DNA of 64,000 bases. It comes from Nanobdellota archaeon (GTDB lineage: Archaea; Nanobdellota; Nanobdellia; Parvarchaeales; Parvarchaeaceae). A program made the translations under genes and the position numbers. The notes below the pieces were generated by a model that was given only the letters and a program-made list of their open reading frames with translations, was not told where the DNA came from and did no database searches. Positions 28,855 through 39,228 of this stretch are shown here, one piece after another. How positions within the stretch are numbered: the first letter of the stretch is position 1; every line of letters starts with the position of its first letter. The stretch lies in the NCBI GenBank assembly GCA_021797085.1, contig JAKAAG010000002.1:3544-67543 (forward strand), written 5' to 3'.

Positions 28855-31373
28855 AATTAGATTCGAACTTTGTTTTTAGTAAGATAGACGCTCTTGAATT
28901 CGGCATAATGTCTCCTAAAATGATACAAAAAATGAGTGCAGTTGCGATAACTTCATCTGAGCTTTATGATATTGACGGATTTCCAGTTGATGGCGGTCTT
29001 TCTGATTTGAGGATGGGAGTTATTGATCCGGGATTGACTTGTAAAACATGTGGAAATACAATAAGAGACTGTCCGGGGCATTTCGGCCACTTAGAGCTTG
29101 CCAGACCAGTATTCAATGTAAAAACCGTTCCTTATGTTTACAATCTTATAAATTCAACTTGCAATTCATGCGGCAGGATACTCATATCGGATGAGCACCT
29201 TAAAAAGCTAAGTGAAGACATTATATCTGCAGAGATAAACGAAGGACAGAAGAAGAAAATAAAACTAATAAAAGCACTTATAAAACACGCAAAGAATGTA
29301 ACAGTGTGTCCGTTCTGCAGAGCAAAGCAAAGAAAAGTGAAACTTGAAAAACCATATACATTTATAGACGGAGACCAAAAGCTTACTCCAATAGACGTTC
29401 TTAACAGGCTTGAAAAGATAAAGGACTCCGACCTGCAGTTCTTTGGATTAGATCCAGATTATTCAAGACCGGAATGGATGATGGTTTCCATATTAGCGGT
29501 ACCACCTATAACTATAAGGCCTTCTATTACATTAGAGAATGGGCAGAGAAGTGAAGATGACCTTACACATAAGCTTACTGACATAGTAAGAACTAATCAA
29601 AGGCTTGCTGAGAATATAAGATCAGGAGCTCCAGAAATAATAATAGATGAACTTTGGGATCTGCTTCAATACCACATAACTACCTTTATATCCAATGGCT
29701 CAGCTCAGGTTCCAGTCGCAAGACAGAAATCCAACAAGAAGCTTAAAAGCCTTGAAGACAGGATAAAGGGAAAAGAAGGAAGATTTAGAGGATCTGCGCT
29801 TGCTAAACGTGTAAATTACAGCGCTAGGTCGGTTATATCCCCCGATTCTTTCTTAAGGTTTGATGAAGTAGGCGTTCCAATAAAAATAGCAAAGGAAGTG
29901 ACCTATCCAGAATACGTTACAGACCTAAACATAGACAGATTAAAGGCCACTATTAAAAACTTCAATTCGTATCCAGGAGCAAACTATGTAATAACCCCAG
30001 ATAACATAAAAAGGAAAATAACAGAAATGACGGTTGACAACATCATAGACGAGCTTAAGCCAGGATACATAGTAGAAAGGCACATAAAAGACGGAGATAT
30101 AATACTTTTCAACAGGCAGCCTTCCTTGCATAGGCTTTCAATAATGGGTCACAGAGTAAAAGTTTTGCCTTACAAGACTTTGGGTATAAACCCCGCATCA
30201 ACTCTTCCATACAATGCAGATTTCGATGGAGATGAGATGAACATACATGTACTGCAGAATGAGGAAGCGCTTGCAGAAGCAGACATGATAATCAACATAA
30301 AGAACAACATTGTCTCGCCAAGGCACGGTCTGCCATTAATCGGAGCTGCGCAGGATTACGTTTCTGGTTGTGCTTTGCTGACTTCAAAAGAAACAGAATT
30401 TGAAAAGGAAAATGCTGAATTTCTGCTTTCCAACATAGGAATAGTCACTGATTTAAAGAAAAAGAAATACACTGGCAGGGAGCTATTTAGCATGATTTTA
30501 CCTGAGGACCTTAATTTTGAAAGCCAAAGCAGTACCTATAAGATAACAAAGGACGATGATTCAATTGTAAGGATTAAAAATGGTAAACTGATCTCGGGAG
30601 TAATAGACGCAGCGACAATAGGTAGGGAAAGCGGAAGTCTGCTTCAGTTCCTTTTTGTAAGGTATGGTTCCGAAGTTACAGCTAAATTCATAGACCAGGC
30701 AAACAAACTTGGACTTATGACCATATTCAACCTTGGAATGAGCGTAAATATAAGGGATTTCGACATTCCAAAAGCAGCATACACTGAGATAGAGAAGGCC
30801 GTTAAGGAAGGAGAGAGCAGCGTAGCCGAGCTATTAAAGGATTATGATGACATCGCCGAAGCAAAAATACTTAGCATAGCCAACAGGATAAGGATAAAGG
30901 TAAGGAATATAATAGATGCATACATAGACAAAAAGAACAACAATGTGGAAGCAATGATAACAACTGGCGCAAAAGGAAGCATAACGAATCTCATACCAAC
31001 TATCGGTCTTGTAGGTCAGCAGATGCTTAGGGACGTAAGAATAAGCAACGGATTTTCAGACAGACTTACATCACACTTTAAGAAGGGGGATAATGGGCTT
31101 ATCGCGCGTGGTTTTATCGTTTCAAACTACAGGAAAGGATTGAATCCAGTGGAATACTTCCTTCACGCTGCAAGTAGCAGGGAAGGATTAATGGACAATG
31201 TTATACGTACTCCTATCTCTGGTTACATGCAAAGAAGGCTGTCGTCAGCATTGAATGACCTTAAAGTAGCAGACGATTTGTCTGTAAGGTTGGGTAGTGC
31301 GATAGTACAGTTTAAGTATGGAGAGGACGGGCTTGACGTATCGGCAAGCGACAAGGGGGATCTTAAATTATGA
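28851..31373 (+). CDS. rpoA1: DNA-directed RNA polymerase subunit A' (Rpo1N)
   Basis: 840 aa. Zinc motifs CKTCGN..CPGHFGH and the catalytic [10 protein letters not shown]. Confidence 0.96.
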   Translation: MKLDSNFVFSKIDALEFGIMSPKMIQKMSAVAITSSELYDIDGFPVDGGLSDLRMGVIDPGLTCKTCGNTIRDCPGHFGHLELARPVFNVKTVPYVYNLINSTCNSCGRILISDEHLKKLSEDIISAEINEGQKKKIKLIKALIKHAKNVTVCPFCRAKQRKVKLEKPYTFIDGDQKLTPIDVLNRLEKIKDSDLQFFGLDPDYSRPEWMMVSILAVPPITIRPSITLENGQRSEDDLTHKLTDIVRTNQRLAENIRSGAPEIIIDELWDLLQYHITTFISNGSAQVPVARQKSNKKLKSLEDRIKGKEGRFRGSALAKRVNYSARSVISPDSFLRFDEVGVPIKIAKEVTYPEYVTDLNIDRLKATIKNFNSYPGANYVITPDNIKRKITEMTVDNIIDELKPGYIVERHIKDGDIILFNRQPSLHRLSIMGHRVKVLPYKTLGINPASTLPYNADFDGDEMNIHVLQNEEALAEADMIINIKNNIVSPRHGLPLIGAAQDYVSGCALLTSKETEFEKENAEFLLSNIGIVTDLKKKKYTGRELFSMILPEDLNFESQSSTYKITKDDDSIVRIKNGKLISGVIDAATIGRESGSLLQFLFVRYGSEVTAKFIDQANKLGLMTIFNLGMSVNIRDFDIPKAAYTEIEKAVKEGESSVAELLKDYDDIAEAKILSIANRIRIKVRNIIDAYIDKKNNNVEAMITTGAKGSITNLIPTIGLVGQQMLRDVRISNGFSDRLTSHFKKGDNGLIARGFIVSNYRKGLNPVEYFLHAASSREGLMDNVIRTPISGYMQRRLSSALNDLKVADDLSVRLGSAIVQFKYGEDGLDVSASDKGDLKL

Positions 31374-32500
31374 AAATAGAAATACCGGAAAAATACATTT
31401 TAGCATTCAAGGAAAAATATGGGGAAAATGCAGATTTATCTGAGCTGGAAAAAATATACACAAGATCATTGGTTACTCCTGGTGAGGCAGTCGGAGTAAT
31501 CGCCGCACAAAGCATAGGTGAAGCCAGTACCCAGCTTACCCTTAGAACAAAACATGCGGCGGGTCTTTCCGTGATTAATACAACAACCGGTTTACCAAGA
31601 TTGGTTGAGATATTTGACTCAAAAAAGGACATTTCTACTCCATTTATGGATATTTACTTAAAAGAGGAATACGCAAAATCAAAACAGAAGGCAAGCGAAA
31701 TAGCCAACAAAATGATTGAGATAAAGATAGGGGACATAACCTCCTCTTATACTGTATCTCTCCGTAAAAAATCCATAGAGTTTGTACTTGACAAGGAACT
31801 TTTGAAGGAATATGGATTTACAACCAAAGATGTTACAGCAAAGCTTTCAAATTTAAAAGTATCTACAGCATTAGAAGGAGACAACCTTTCAGTTGTAGAC
31901 AAATCGGCGGACAGCGTTAAAAAACTGATAAGGTTGAGGAATAAAATAGTAGAGATAAATCTTTCGGGTTTACCTGGCGTTTCAAGGGCGATTTTAAACC
32001 AAGATTCAAACGGGAATTACTGGATTAAAACCATAGGCACAAATCTTTCAGAAGTGCTTAAAATGGAAGAAGTTGATCAGAAAAACACAATATCAAATGA
32101 CATAATAGAAGTTTCAAAGGTATTAGGCATAGAAGCTGCAAGAAATCTCATAATAGAAGAAGTAAACTCTACCTTACAAAATGTAGGATTAACAGTTGAT
32201 TTAAGGCACATATTCTTAATAGCTGATGCAATGTGCCTTGACGGTACGGTAAGAGGAATAGGGAGATATGGACTCAGCGGAGAAGCTGATTCAGTGCTTG
32301 CAAGAGCATCATTTGAGGTCCCATTGAAGCATCTTATAGAGGCAGGACTTTATCATGAATCAGATCCATTTAAATACGTTGCAAACAATATACTCTCAAA
32401 TCAAGTAATACCCGTAGGAACGGGCGGGGTTGAATTAGTGGTGAAGGAAAATGGAAAAGGAAATAGCGAAGAAAATTCAGGAAAAGATAAAGAGCAATAA
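31370..32500 (+). CDS. rpoA2: DNA-directed RNA polymerase subunit A'' (Rpo1C)
   Basis: 376 aa. Trigger-loop region [28 protein letters not shown]. Confidence 0.95.
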   Translation: MKIEIPEKYILAFKEKYGENADLSELEKIYTRSLVTPGEAVGVIAAQSIGEASTQLTLRTKHAAGLSVINTTTGLPRLVEIFDSKKDISTPFMDIYLKEEYAKSKQKASEIANKMIEIKIGDITSSYTVSLRKKSIEFVLDKELLKEYGFTTKDVTAKLSNLKVSTALEGDNLSVVDKSADSVKKLIRLRNKIVEINLSGLPGVSRAILNQDSNGNYWIKTIGTNLSEVLKMEEVDQKNTISNDIIEVSKVLGIEAARNLIIEEVNSTLQNVGLTVDLRHIFLIADAMCLDGTVRGIGRYGLSGEADSVLARASFEVPLKHLIEAGLYHESDPFKYVANNILSNQVIPVGTGGVELVVKENGKGNSEENSGKDKEQ

Positions 32501-32708
32501 AGTGTTTATAGGCTTAAATTCTACATTGAGGGCCTATAAGAACGGAGAGGTTTCTTTTGTAGTGTATGCTAGCAATGCCAGCGACAAAATCCTTGAAAAA
32601 TTAAATCAGGTTGAAGTTGAGAAATACAAGTACGATGGAGACAGCGATGCTCTTTCAATTGCCTGTGGTAAGTCATTTGGTATAACCGTATTGGGGATTA
32701 AGAAATAA
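32451..32708 (+). CDS. rpl30e: 50S ribosomal protein L30e (short form)
   Basis: 85 aa with an L7Ae/L30e-fold pattern ([26 protein letters not shown]...[13 protein letters not shown]). It sits at the conserved position after rpoA2 and overlaps rpoA2 by 50 nt. Confidence 0.8.
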   Translation: MEKEIAKKIQEKIKSNKVFIGLNSTLRAYKNGEVSFVVYASNASDKILEKLNQVEVEKYKYDGDSDALSIACGKSFGITVLGIKK

Positions 32709-32712
32709 AGAT

Positions 32713-33123
32713 ATGAACATAAAATTCGACAGCGATATTATCTTATCGATAAATTTGTTTTCTGATGTTACGAGCGTTATGCCGAGAGACTGCATAAATT
32801 TTGAGGACAAGATAGTGTTTGTTGTGAATCAAGGCCAGGCCGGTCTAGCGATAGGCAAAAACGGAATAAAGATAAAAATGCTGCAGGAAATGCTAAAGAA
32901 AGAGGTAATTGTAATAGAGTATTCCGACGATCCTGTAAAGCTATTTGAAAACGTTATAAGGCCAAACAAGCTTATATCAGGATACATAACAGTTAATGGA
33001 AAGGAGGATGAATCCAAGAAAGTTGAAGCCTCAGTTGACGGCAAAATAAGCAGTAACAAAATAAAACTGATTAAAATGCTAATGCAAAGGTATTTTAATA
33101 TAGTTAGTATAAATATTAAATAA
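32713..33123 (+). CDS. nusA: Archaeal NusA-like transcription termination factor (KH domains)
   Basis: 136 aa with the KH GxxG motif (AIGKNGIKIKMLQ). Conserved operon position between L30e and S12. Confidence 0.85.
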   Translation: MNIKFDSDIILSINLFSDVTSVMPRDCINFEDKIVFVVNQGQAGLAIGKNGIKIKMLQEMLKKEVIVIEYSDDPVKLFENVIRPNKLISGYITVNGKEDESKKVEASVDGKISSNKIKLIKMLMQRYFNIVSINIK

Positions 33124-33128
33124 AAAAT

Positions 33129-33566
33129 ATGGGAAACAAGACACGCGGATTATTTAACGGAAAAATGTTGCTTCGCCGAAAGGAAAGAGTAAGGTTCAGC
33201 AAGAACAAAAGCAAGTCTTACTTCAGCGGAAGCTGGAGAAAGAACGATCCATTGGCAGGGGCACCTCAGGCGAGAGGCATAGTTCTGGAGAAGGTTGAGA
33301 TAACGCCAAAGAAGCCATCATCCGGAAAAAGAAAATCATGTAAAGTACAGCTTACTAAAAACGGTAAAATAATAACTGCATACATCCCTTGGAGCAAGGG
33401 GGTTTCCTTCGTAGATGAGCACAATGATGTAATAATTGAAAGGATAGGCGGTGCACAGAAGGGAGCACGCGGTGACCTTCCAGGGGTAAAGTTTAAGATA
33501 ACAAAAGTCAATGGAATATCATTGAAAGAATTAGTTAAAGGAAGAAAGCAGAAACCTGTGAGATAA
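33129..33566 (+). CDS. rps12: 30S ribosomal protein S12
   Basis: 145 aa. Blocks GAPQARGIVLEKVEITPKKPSSGKRK and GDLPGVKFK. Confidence 0.95.
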   Translation: MGNKTRGLFNGKMLLRRKERVRFSKNKSKSYFSGSWRKNDPLAGAPQARGIVLEKVEITPKKPSSGKRKSCKVQLTKNGKIITAYIPWSKGVSFVDEHNDVIIERIGGAQKGARGDLPGVKFKITKVNGISLKELVKGRKQKPVR

Positions 33567-33567
33567 A

Positions 33568-34197
33568 ATGGAAGAAGAAAAACCATTGGAAAACGTAAAA
33601 AGGGAAAATGAAATAAAGCTCTTTGGAAAGTATAGTTTCGATGGAGTTACTGTAAATGATTTAGGTCTTAAAAACATAATTTCATTAAAGCCTGTTATAG
33701 TGCCTAAGACCTCAGGAAGGCTGTCTCAGCAGCGGCTTGCAAGAGAGAGAATGAGCATAGTTGAGAGGCTTATAAGCCATCTTATGGTTCCAGGTCATAG
33801 GGGAAAGAAACATTTAAGGACAAGCAAGTTAATGTCGGGTAGATTTAATACTGCATCTAATCTAGTTGAAAGCGCGTTTGATATGATAAGCAAGGACGGA
33901 TTAAATCCTTTGCAGGTTCTTGTAAAAGCAATAGAGAACTCAGCGCCTAAAGAAGAGGTAATGACTCTTTTGATAGGCGGGCAGAGGCTTGCAAAGCAGG
34001 TCGATACTGCACCTATAAGAAGGGTAGACCTTGCGTTGAGATGGATCGCAGAAGGAACATATCAGCTATCTGCAACAGGCAAAAAAGCAGACAGGGCATT
34101 ATATGAGATACTTACGCAGGCAGCAAATAATCAAGATATAGCATTTCCTATCTCTAAAAGAATAGACACTGAAAGACAGGCTGCATCAAGCAGATAA
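33568..34197 (+). CDS. rps7: 30S ribosomal protein S7
   Basis: 209 aa. S7 blocks VERLISHLMVPGHRGKK and AIENSAPKEEV. Follows S12. Confidence 0.95.
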   Translation: MEEEKPLENVKRENEIKLFGKYSFDGVTVNDLGLKNIISLKPVIVPKTSGRLSQQRLARERMSIVERLISHLMVPGHRGKKHLRTSKLMSGRFNTASNLVESAFDMISKDGLNPLQVLVKAIENSAPKEEVMTLLIGGQRLAKQVDTAPIRRVDLALRWIAEGTYQLSATGKKADRALYEILTQAANNQDIAFPISKRIDTERQAASSR

Positions 34198-34219
34198 AGC
34201 CTGAATTTTTTACTTAATT

Positions 34220-34966
34220 TTAAGGGGCAACTTTTCTTATAAAAAGGAGGAAAGCTGTATGTAGTATTCCATTGCTTTCTGGCCTTAATATGTCCCTTTC
34301 AATTTCAGTTTTCCAGTTAATTTCATTGTTTTGTATTAATCTTTCAACTTTCATGTTTTTAGGAAGCAATCTAAGTGTTTTCTCTACCTGTATGATAGAA
34401 GGAGAGTATGTAACTATCCTTGCCCCCACCTTGAAGTTTTTTGTTATTATAGGCAGTACTTCCCATGGATCTGGCAGATCAAGAACTCCGCAGTCAAAAT
34501 TCTTTTCTTTTATGCCTTTTTTTACGTCCAAGTTGCTGAATTTTATATTTTCTAGATTAAACAGCTCCGCATTTTTCTTTGCTACTTTCATGAATTCCTT
34601 CCTTATTTCATAGGAAAAAACTTTTATGTTTTTTGATAGGTTTGCCAGTGAGCATGCAACGACCCCAGAGCCTGTTCCCGCATCGAATATTTTGCTATCA
34701 TTCTTTACTCCCAGATACATTGCCATGCTTCCAACGTCTTTTAAAGTTACTATCTGCGGCAGTCTTATTATCTTTTTTATTAAATCAGGAGTTCCAGGTT
34801 CAATTACATAAAATGCATTCCCATTGTGCGTTTTTACTCTAGATCCAGGTTTTTTCCCTTTTATTTTGCTGGGTTTGAATATTCCGAATTGTGTATTGCT
34901 TTCTTTATTTCCATCTATGACTATTGAATGGTTTTCATTAAGCAAGAATATTCTGTCTTTTTTCAT
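34220..34966 (-). CDS. trmI: tRNA (adenine-57/58-N1)-methyltransferase TrmI (Gcd14 family)
   Basis: SAM motif FDAGTGSGVVA and the DLPDPWEVL block characteristic of TrmI/Gcd14. Confidence 0.85.
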   Translation of the reverse strand: MKKDRIFLLNENHSIVIDGNKESNTQFGIFKPSKIKGKKPGSRVKTHNGNAFYVIEPGTPDLIKKIIRLPQIVTLKDVGSMAMYLGVKNDSKIFDAGTGSGVVACSLANLSKNIKVFSYEIRKEFMKVAKKNAELFNLENIKFSNLDVKKGIKEKNFDCGVLDLPDPWEVLPIITKNFKVGARIVTYSPSIIQVEKTLRLLPKNMKVERLIQNNEINWKTEIERDILRPESNGILHTAFLLFIRKVAP

Positions 34967-35754
34967 ATCTCTGTTTTTATAATATTCACCATGTTGCCAA
35001 AACTTTTGTTTCCGGCTATTTTTTCAGCATTTGTAAGTATAAATGTTATTGTCTTATAAACTGTGCTATACCCCATCGCATTTATAAAATCCTTCTTTAC
35101 TATTGATTTTTTGTTTAATAAAATTACAACGACTTTTATGCTATGCTGACCATATAAGCAAAGGAAAACGCCTTTTTCAATTTCCTTTGGTTCTTGAAAG
35201 CCATTTTTTATTAATATTTCATTGAATTCCTGCCTTACAGGTTCTTTTTCTTCCCTCTTTTTTTTGATAGCTGTTTCACGTTGAACTGGTTTTGGTTTTT
35301 CATCCTTTGCATTTATAATTGATTTTACAGCGTCTAAGCTTAATCCCTGTTCGTAAAGGTAATCCGCCTTCTGCCCGGTTTGGTTGTCCTGGGCAGAGAC
35401 TTTTTTCATGAAATCCACAAGGTTCTGCGAGATATATCTTTCCGCGGAGGAAAGAGATTCCATATTAACAACCTTCTTTTCCCGTATTTTGGCTATCAAT
35501 GCCTTTTCTTGGTTGTTTAAGGTCTGCATGAGCAAATTCAATGCCTTTTCTCTGTCTTTTTCAAGAAAGTATACCGGCGAAGAGCCGAATTTTCTAGCCG
35601 TCTTTTTTATCTCACCCTTTGCTGCAAAATAATCTACTATTGTCTGTGTCTGTAAAGTATCCTTTTCTATTCTTTCTGCTATCTCCAGTATAAGTGAAGG
35701 GCCCTCATTCAATTTACTCATTATCTTGTCATAAATCTCATTTATATCTTCCAT
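34963..35754 (-). CDS. Hypothetical protein: two predicted winged-helix domains, a K/E-rich linker and a C-terminal alpha/beta domain
   Basis: 263 aa. Two roughly 60-aa helix-rich units each end in a beta-hairpin-like segment (..SSPVYFLEKD; ..LVDFMKKV). The C-terminal strand-K-strand pattern resembles an Mrr-type restriction-endonuclease-like fold without obvious acidic catalytic residues. Confidence 0.4.
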   Translation of the reverse strand: MEDINEIYDKIMSKLNEGPSLILEIAERIEKDTLQTQTIVDYFAAKGEIKKTARKFGSSPVYFLEKDREKALNLLMQTLNNQEKALIAKIREKKVVNMESLSSAERYISQNLVDFMKKVSAQDNQTGQKADYLYEQGLSLDAVKSIINAKDEKPKPVQRETAIKKKREEKEPVRQEFNEILIKNGFQEPKEIEKGVFLCLYGQHSIKVVVILLNKKSIVKKDFINAMGYSTVYKTITFILTNAEKIAGNKSFGNMVNIIKTEI

Positions 35755-35926
35755 TATTAACAGTCCACCATATATTATTTATATCTTGCAATTTAATATT
35801 TAATAATAAATGTTAGTGTTGTAATATATATGATAAAGGAGAATACAGTTTTATTCTGTTTGTTACTGTGTTTAACTCTTATATCGAAATCTTTACAGAT
35901 TAATATCATGACGGATTTATAGTTTT

Positions 35927-36454
35927 ATGGATAAAAAAGGGCAGATATTCACAATAGATTTGCTTATTGCTTTGTTTATATTCCTGCTTTTATTCACAAC
36001 TGTTCTGCTTTTTCTTTACTCAAATGCAGACATAAACAATTCTTACTCCTCATATTATTCACAGATAACCTCAAATTATATCAATAACCTAGCAGTTCAA
36101 GGGGCCAATTCCCTACTTGGTTCAGAGGGTTACCCCTCCAATTGGTATTCTTTTTCGTGCAACCAAATAAAGCAGCTTGGCGTAATGTACAATAACTTAG
36201 AGGTATCTCCAATAAAGCTGTATAATCTTTCTACCTTGCCAGTTTCGTGTCTGTCTTCTCTGTTAAAAGGCGGTGATTCATTTAATATAACGTTTTACTA
36301 TCTAAACGGTTCAATCCTAAATTTAGGAGGAAGAGAAGTAACTGCCGGCTTTCCAATAGATTACTCTTCCAGCTATGTTGCTTCTATACAGAGATTTGCT
36401 GTATTATACCCTGGAAATGAAATAATTAGGCTTTCTTACACGGAGTGGTCATGA
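35927..36454 (+). CDS. Class III signal-peptide (type IV pilin-like) protein
   Basis: N-terminus MDKKGQ/IFTIDLLIALFIFLLLF, followed by a secreted domain rich in Ser, Tyr and N-x-S/T. Confidence 0.7.
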   Translation: MDKKGQIFTIDLLIALFIFLLLFTTVLLFLYSNADINNSYSSYYSQITSNYINNLAVQGANSLLGSEGYPSNWYSFSCNQIKQLGVMYNNLEVSPIKLYNLSTLPVSCLSSLLKGGDSFNITFYYLNGSILNLGGREVTAGFPIDYSSSYVASIQRFAVLYPGNEIIRLSYTEWS

Positions 36455-37161
36455 AAAAAGGGCAGGTTTTTACGATTGATCTTGTTGTGGGGAGTATAAT
36501 AATACTTAGTGTTATAGCCTCTGCATACGCAATAACAAGTTATTACCTTACATTAAATAGTTCAATAACAACTAACAATGACTTCCTATCCCAGATTTAT
36601 TCTGCAGTGTCCTCCTTTTCAGTTGTTTCTTCCACAACAAACCAGCTTTTGTTATTTCAGAACGGTGGTTCGGTTTCCACGTTAAATTCCTATATATCAT
36701 CTGTTTTAAACCCAGAGATATCTAGCCCATTTCTCCTTGAGGTATTTACGAAATCTAATTATTCCAATAATGATACCCCCTCAAACCTTATATTTTCATA
36801 TAATTCTAGGTTTTCCCCATCTTCTTCTTACTCCACTTTTTATCAGCCGTTGCTTATAACAAATTACAGCAGTGCCTGCGGCTCATCGTGTAATTCATCT
36901 CTGTCTATAAAAAGCGTTTTTCCTTCTTATAACGATACGATAAATGCGCCAGATTGCAATGTGCTTTATGGAAATGGAACGGTAACGGGATGGACCATAT
37001 TAAATGATACTCCTTCGGGGTACTGCACAGTTCTTGTGCCGTCCTATGCAGATCCAAACAGCTATGATGTTGTAACCTCCTCTTCAACAGGCATTTCAAC
37101 CGGCTCGGCTACTTTGCACATTCTTGCTTTGGATCTTTTGAAATTTGAAGTCCAGAAATAA
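36451..37161 (+). CDS. Class III signal-peptide (type IV pilin-like) protein, paralogous N-terminus
   Basis: N-terminus MKKGQ/VFTIDLVVGSIIILSVI. ATGA overlap with the upstream pilin-like gene. Many N-glycosylation sequons. Confidence 0.7.
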   Translation: MKKGQVFTIDLVVGSIIILSVIASAYAITSYYLTLNSSITTNNDFLSQIYSAVSSFSVVSSTTNQLLLFQNGGSVSTLNSYISSVLNPEISSPFLLEVFTKSNYSNNDTPSNLIFSYNSRFSPSSSYSTFYQPLLITNYSSACGSSCNSSLSIKSVFPSYNDTINAPDCNVLYGNGTVTGWTILNDTPSGYCTVLVPSYADPNSYDVVTSSSTGISTGSATLHILALDLLKFEVQK

Positions 37162-37162
37162 T

Positions 37163-37405
37163 CTATATAAATATTATGGACTTGTTTCTTTCTTCATCTC
37201 TTAGCTTTGTTTCCATGTTATTTAGTTCGGATTCAACATCGCCTTTGTAAACACCTAGCTTTATAGCAAGGTTGTTTATATTCATCAGAAGTTTGCTTAG
37301 TTTCTGTGCTTTTTCAAAATCTATGTTGTTTTTGTACTGGTTGTATAAAGTTATTTGCTGCAGTAGCTTTTCATATAAACTCCCCTTTTCCTCCATCATT
37401 TCCAT
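37163..37405 (-). CDS. Small coiled-coil hypothetical protein
   Basis: 80-aa ORF with heptad-like charged sequence. Confidence 0.4.
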   Translation of the reverse strand: MEMMEEKGSLYEKLLQQITLYNQYKNNIDFEKAQKLSKLLMNINNLAIKLGVYKGDVESELNNMETKLRDEERNKSIIFI

Positions 37406-37509
37406 TTTTATCCCCCCTCATACCTATTTTAGAAATATTCCAAATAAAAAGGACTGTTTTGTATTACTTGTATATTATTAAAATAAAATTATTATTAACT
37501 GGCTTGTGG

Positions 37510-39228
37510 TCATTCAGCAAAGTACATGTTTGCTGCTTTCTGCTCTGCATCTAACCGGCTTCCTTTTTGATTTATTCTAGGCCGTCCGCTGTCTTTATCT
37601 CTCCTAATAGTAACATCAATATTCTTAAGGAAATTGTTTATTGCCTTACCAGTGCTTTCTATCTGGTCCGTCATTCCTTTTACCCCCTTTTTACCGCTGA
37701 ACAATATACTTTTTGGACAGGTGGAATCAAGAAAAGCAAGGTCATGATCAACGACTATTGCACATTTGTTTCTTGAAGAAATAAAGGAAGAAATTATACT
37801 CATGCATTCCAGCCTATCTTCTATGTCTAGATTTGCAGAAGGCTCATCTATGAGATATATGTCTGCTGGTTTCATAAGTGTAGTTATTATTGCAAGTTTT
37901 TGAAGCTCTCCTCCTGAAAGAGTATTCACATTTTTGTTCATCAATTTGTTTATCCCTAACTTGCCAATAGCAGACAAAATGCCCAAATCCTTTTCGTATT
38001 CTGGATTTATGCTCAACAAAGCGTTGCTCACAAGCATATCAAACGGCTTCAGTACCTGGGGTTTATATGATATTTTTATACCCAGGTCAAGTTTGCCTAT
38101 GTTAGTTTCAATCAGGCCGGCAAGTGCCTTTATAAATGTGCTTTTACCTATTCCGTTTTCTCCTATTATACCTATTATGTCCCCTCTGTAAAGTTTTCCG
38201 CCTTTTGTATCCAGCCTGAAATCATTTAAGTCAACAACAAATTCCGGCCATGAAATGAAGGGTTCATTTGTAACCGGTGGCAACGTTTTCTTGATCTTTA
38301 TGCTGTAATCCCTGAATCTGACGTTTTCAGTGGGTAGATACCCTTCTAAATAGGTGTTTATTCCATTTCTTGAAGGCATAATGTGAGAAGCTATCCCGTA
38401 GTTAGATTCGGAACCGTACAAAACCTGTATAAATTCTGTAAGGTAATCAAGCATTACCAAGTCATGCTCAACTACTACAACAGTTTTGTTTTCAAGGGCT
38501 TCTTTTATCTTTGTAGCTACATTTATCCTTGCGTTTATATCCAAGTAGTTCATAGGCTCATCAAATATATACACATCTGCTTCTTCATCTAATGTTTTGG
38601 CTATTTCAACGATCTGTGCTTCGCCACCGGATAAAGTTTCGGTATCTCTATTTAAAATGTCTTCAGTTACAAGGTTAAAGCGGTTTGTTTTTACTATATC
38701 CTTAACTTTTCCACTCTGTGTGAATGACTGCGCTTTTTTCGCTATTTTAAGGTTGTTGCTGTAAAGCTTTGTGAGATATGGTTGTATGTCCTTACCCCTG
38801 AATTCCTTTATTACCTCTTCATATGAATATTCTCTCTTGAAATTACCAAAATTTGGAACAAGCTCATTTGATATTAGTTTTATGTTTGTGGTCTTTCCTA
38901 TCCCATTTCTCCCTATCAGGCCAACTACTTTGTTTTCTATAGGGGTTGCTATATTAAAGGTTCTGAAGGTATTTATGCCATATTGAAATGTAATCTCCTT
39001 GGCCATTTCATCTGGCAGGTTTATTATCCTTATTGCATCAAATGGGCACCTTTTTACACATATGCCGCAGGATATACAAAGGCTTTCGGTTATAGCGGCC
39101 TTGCCATTTTCCCTTGCATACACCGTTTCTTTTGCCCCCTGCCTTACTCTTGGACAGACCTCTGCGCAGATGTAATTGCAATTATCAGGTGCTTCGCATT
39201 CCGATTCCTTTATTACGGCAACTCTCAT
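37510..39228 (-). CDS. ABCE1 / RNase L inhibitor (ribosome recycling factor)
   Basis: N-terminal diferredoxin domain (CISCGICVKRCP) plus two ABC cassettes (GRNGIGKTT and GENGIGKST; LSGGE signatures). Confidence 0.95.
   Translation of the reverse strand: MRVAVIKESECEAPDNCNYICAEVCPRVRQGAKETVYARENGKAAITESLCISCGICVKRCPFDAIRIINLPDEMAKEITFQYGINTFRTFNIATPIENKVVGLIGRNGIGKTTNIKLISNELVPNFGNFKREYSYEEVIKEFRGKDIQPYLTKLYSNNLKIAKKAQSFTQSGKVKDIVKTNRFNLVTEDILNRDTETLSGGEAQIVEIAKTLDEEADVYIFDEPMNYLDINARINVATKIKEALENKTVVVVEHDLVMLDYLTEFIQVLYGSESNYGIASHIMPSRNGINTYLEGYLPTENVRFRDYSIKIKKTLPPVTNEPFISWPEFVVDLNDFRLDTKGGKLYRGDIIGIIGENGIGKSTFIKALAGLIETNIGKLDLGIKISYKPQVLKPFDMLVSNALLSINPEYEKDLGILSAIGKLGINKLMNKNVNTLSGGELQKLAIITTLMKPADIYLIDEPSANLDIEDRLECMSIISSFISSRNKCAIVVDHDLAFLDSTCPKSILFSGKKGVKGMTDQIESTGKAINNFLKNIDVTIRRDKDSGRPRINQKGSRLDAEQKAANMYFAE

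Noticed and set aside
33266-33586. 106-aa minus-strand ORF
   Set aside because: It is antisense to ribosomal protein S12, which is unmistakable.
35755-35926. Possible box C/D sRNA or other ncRNA in the AT-rich spacer
   Set aside because: I found only degenerate TGATAA and CTGT strings, not canonical C (RUGAUGA) and D (CUGA) boxes with terminal pairing. It is more simply a divergent promoter region.
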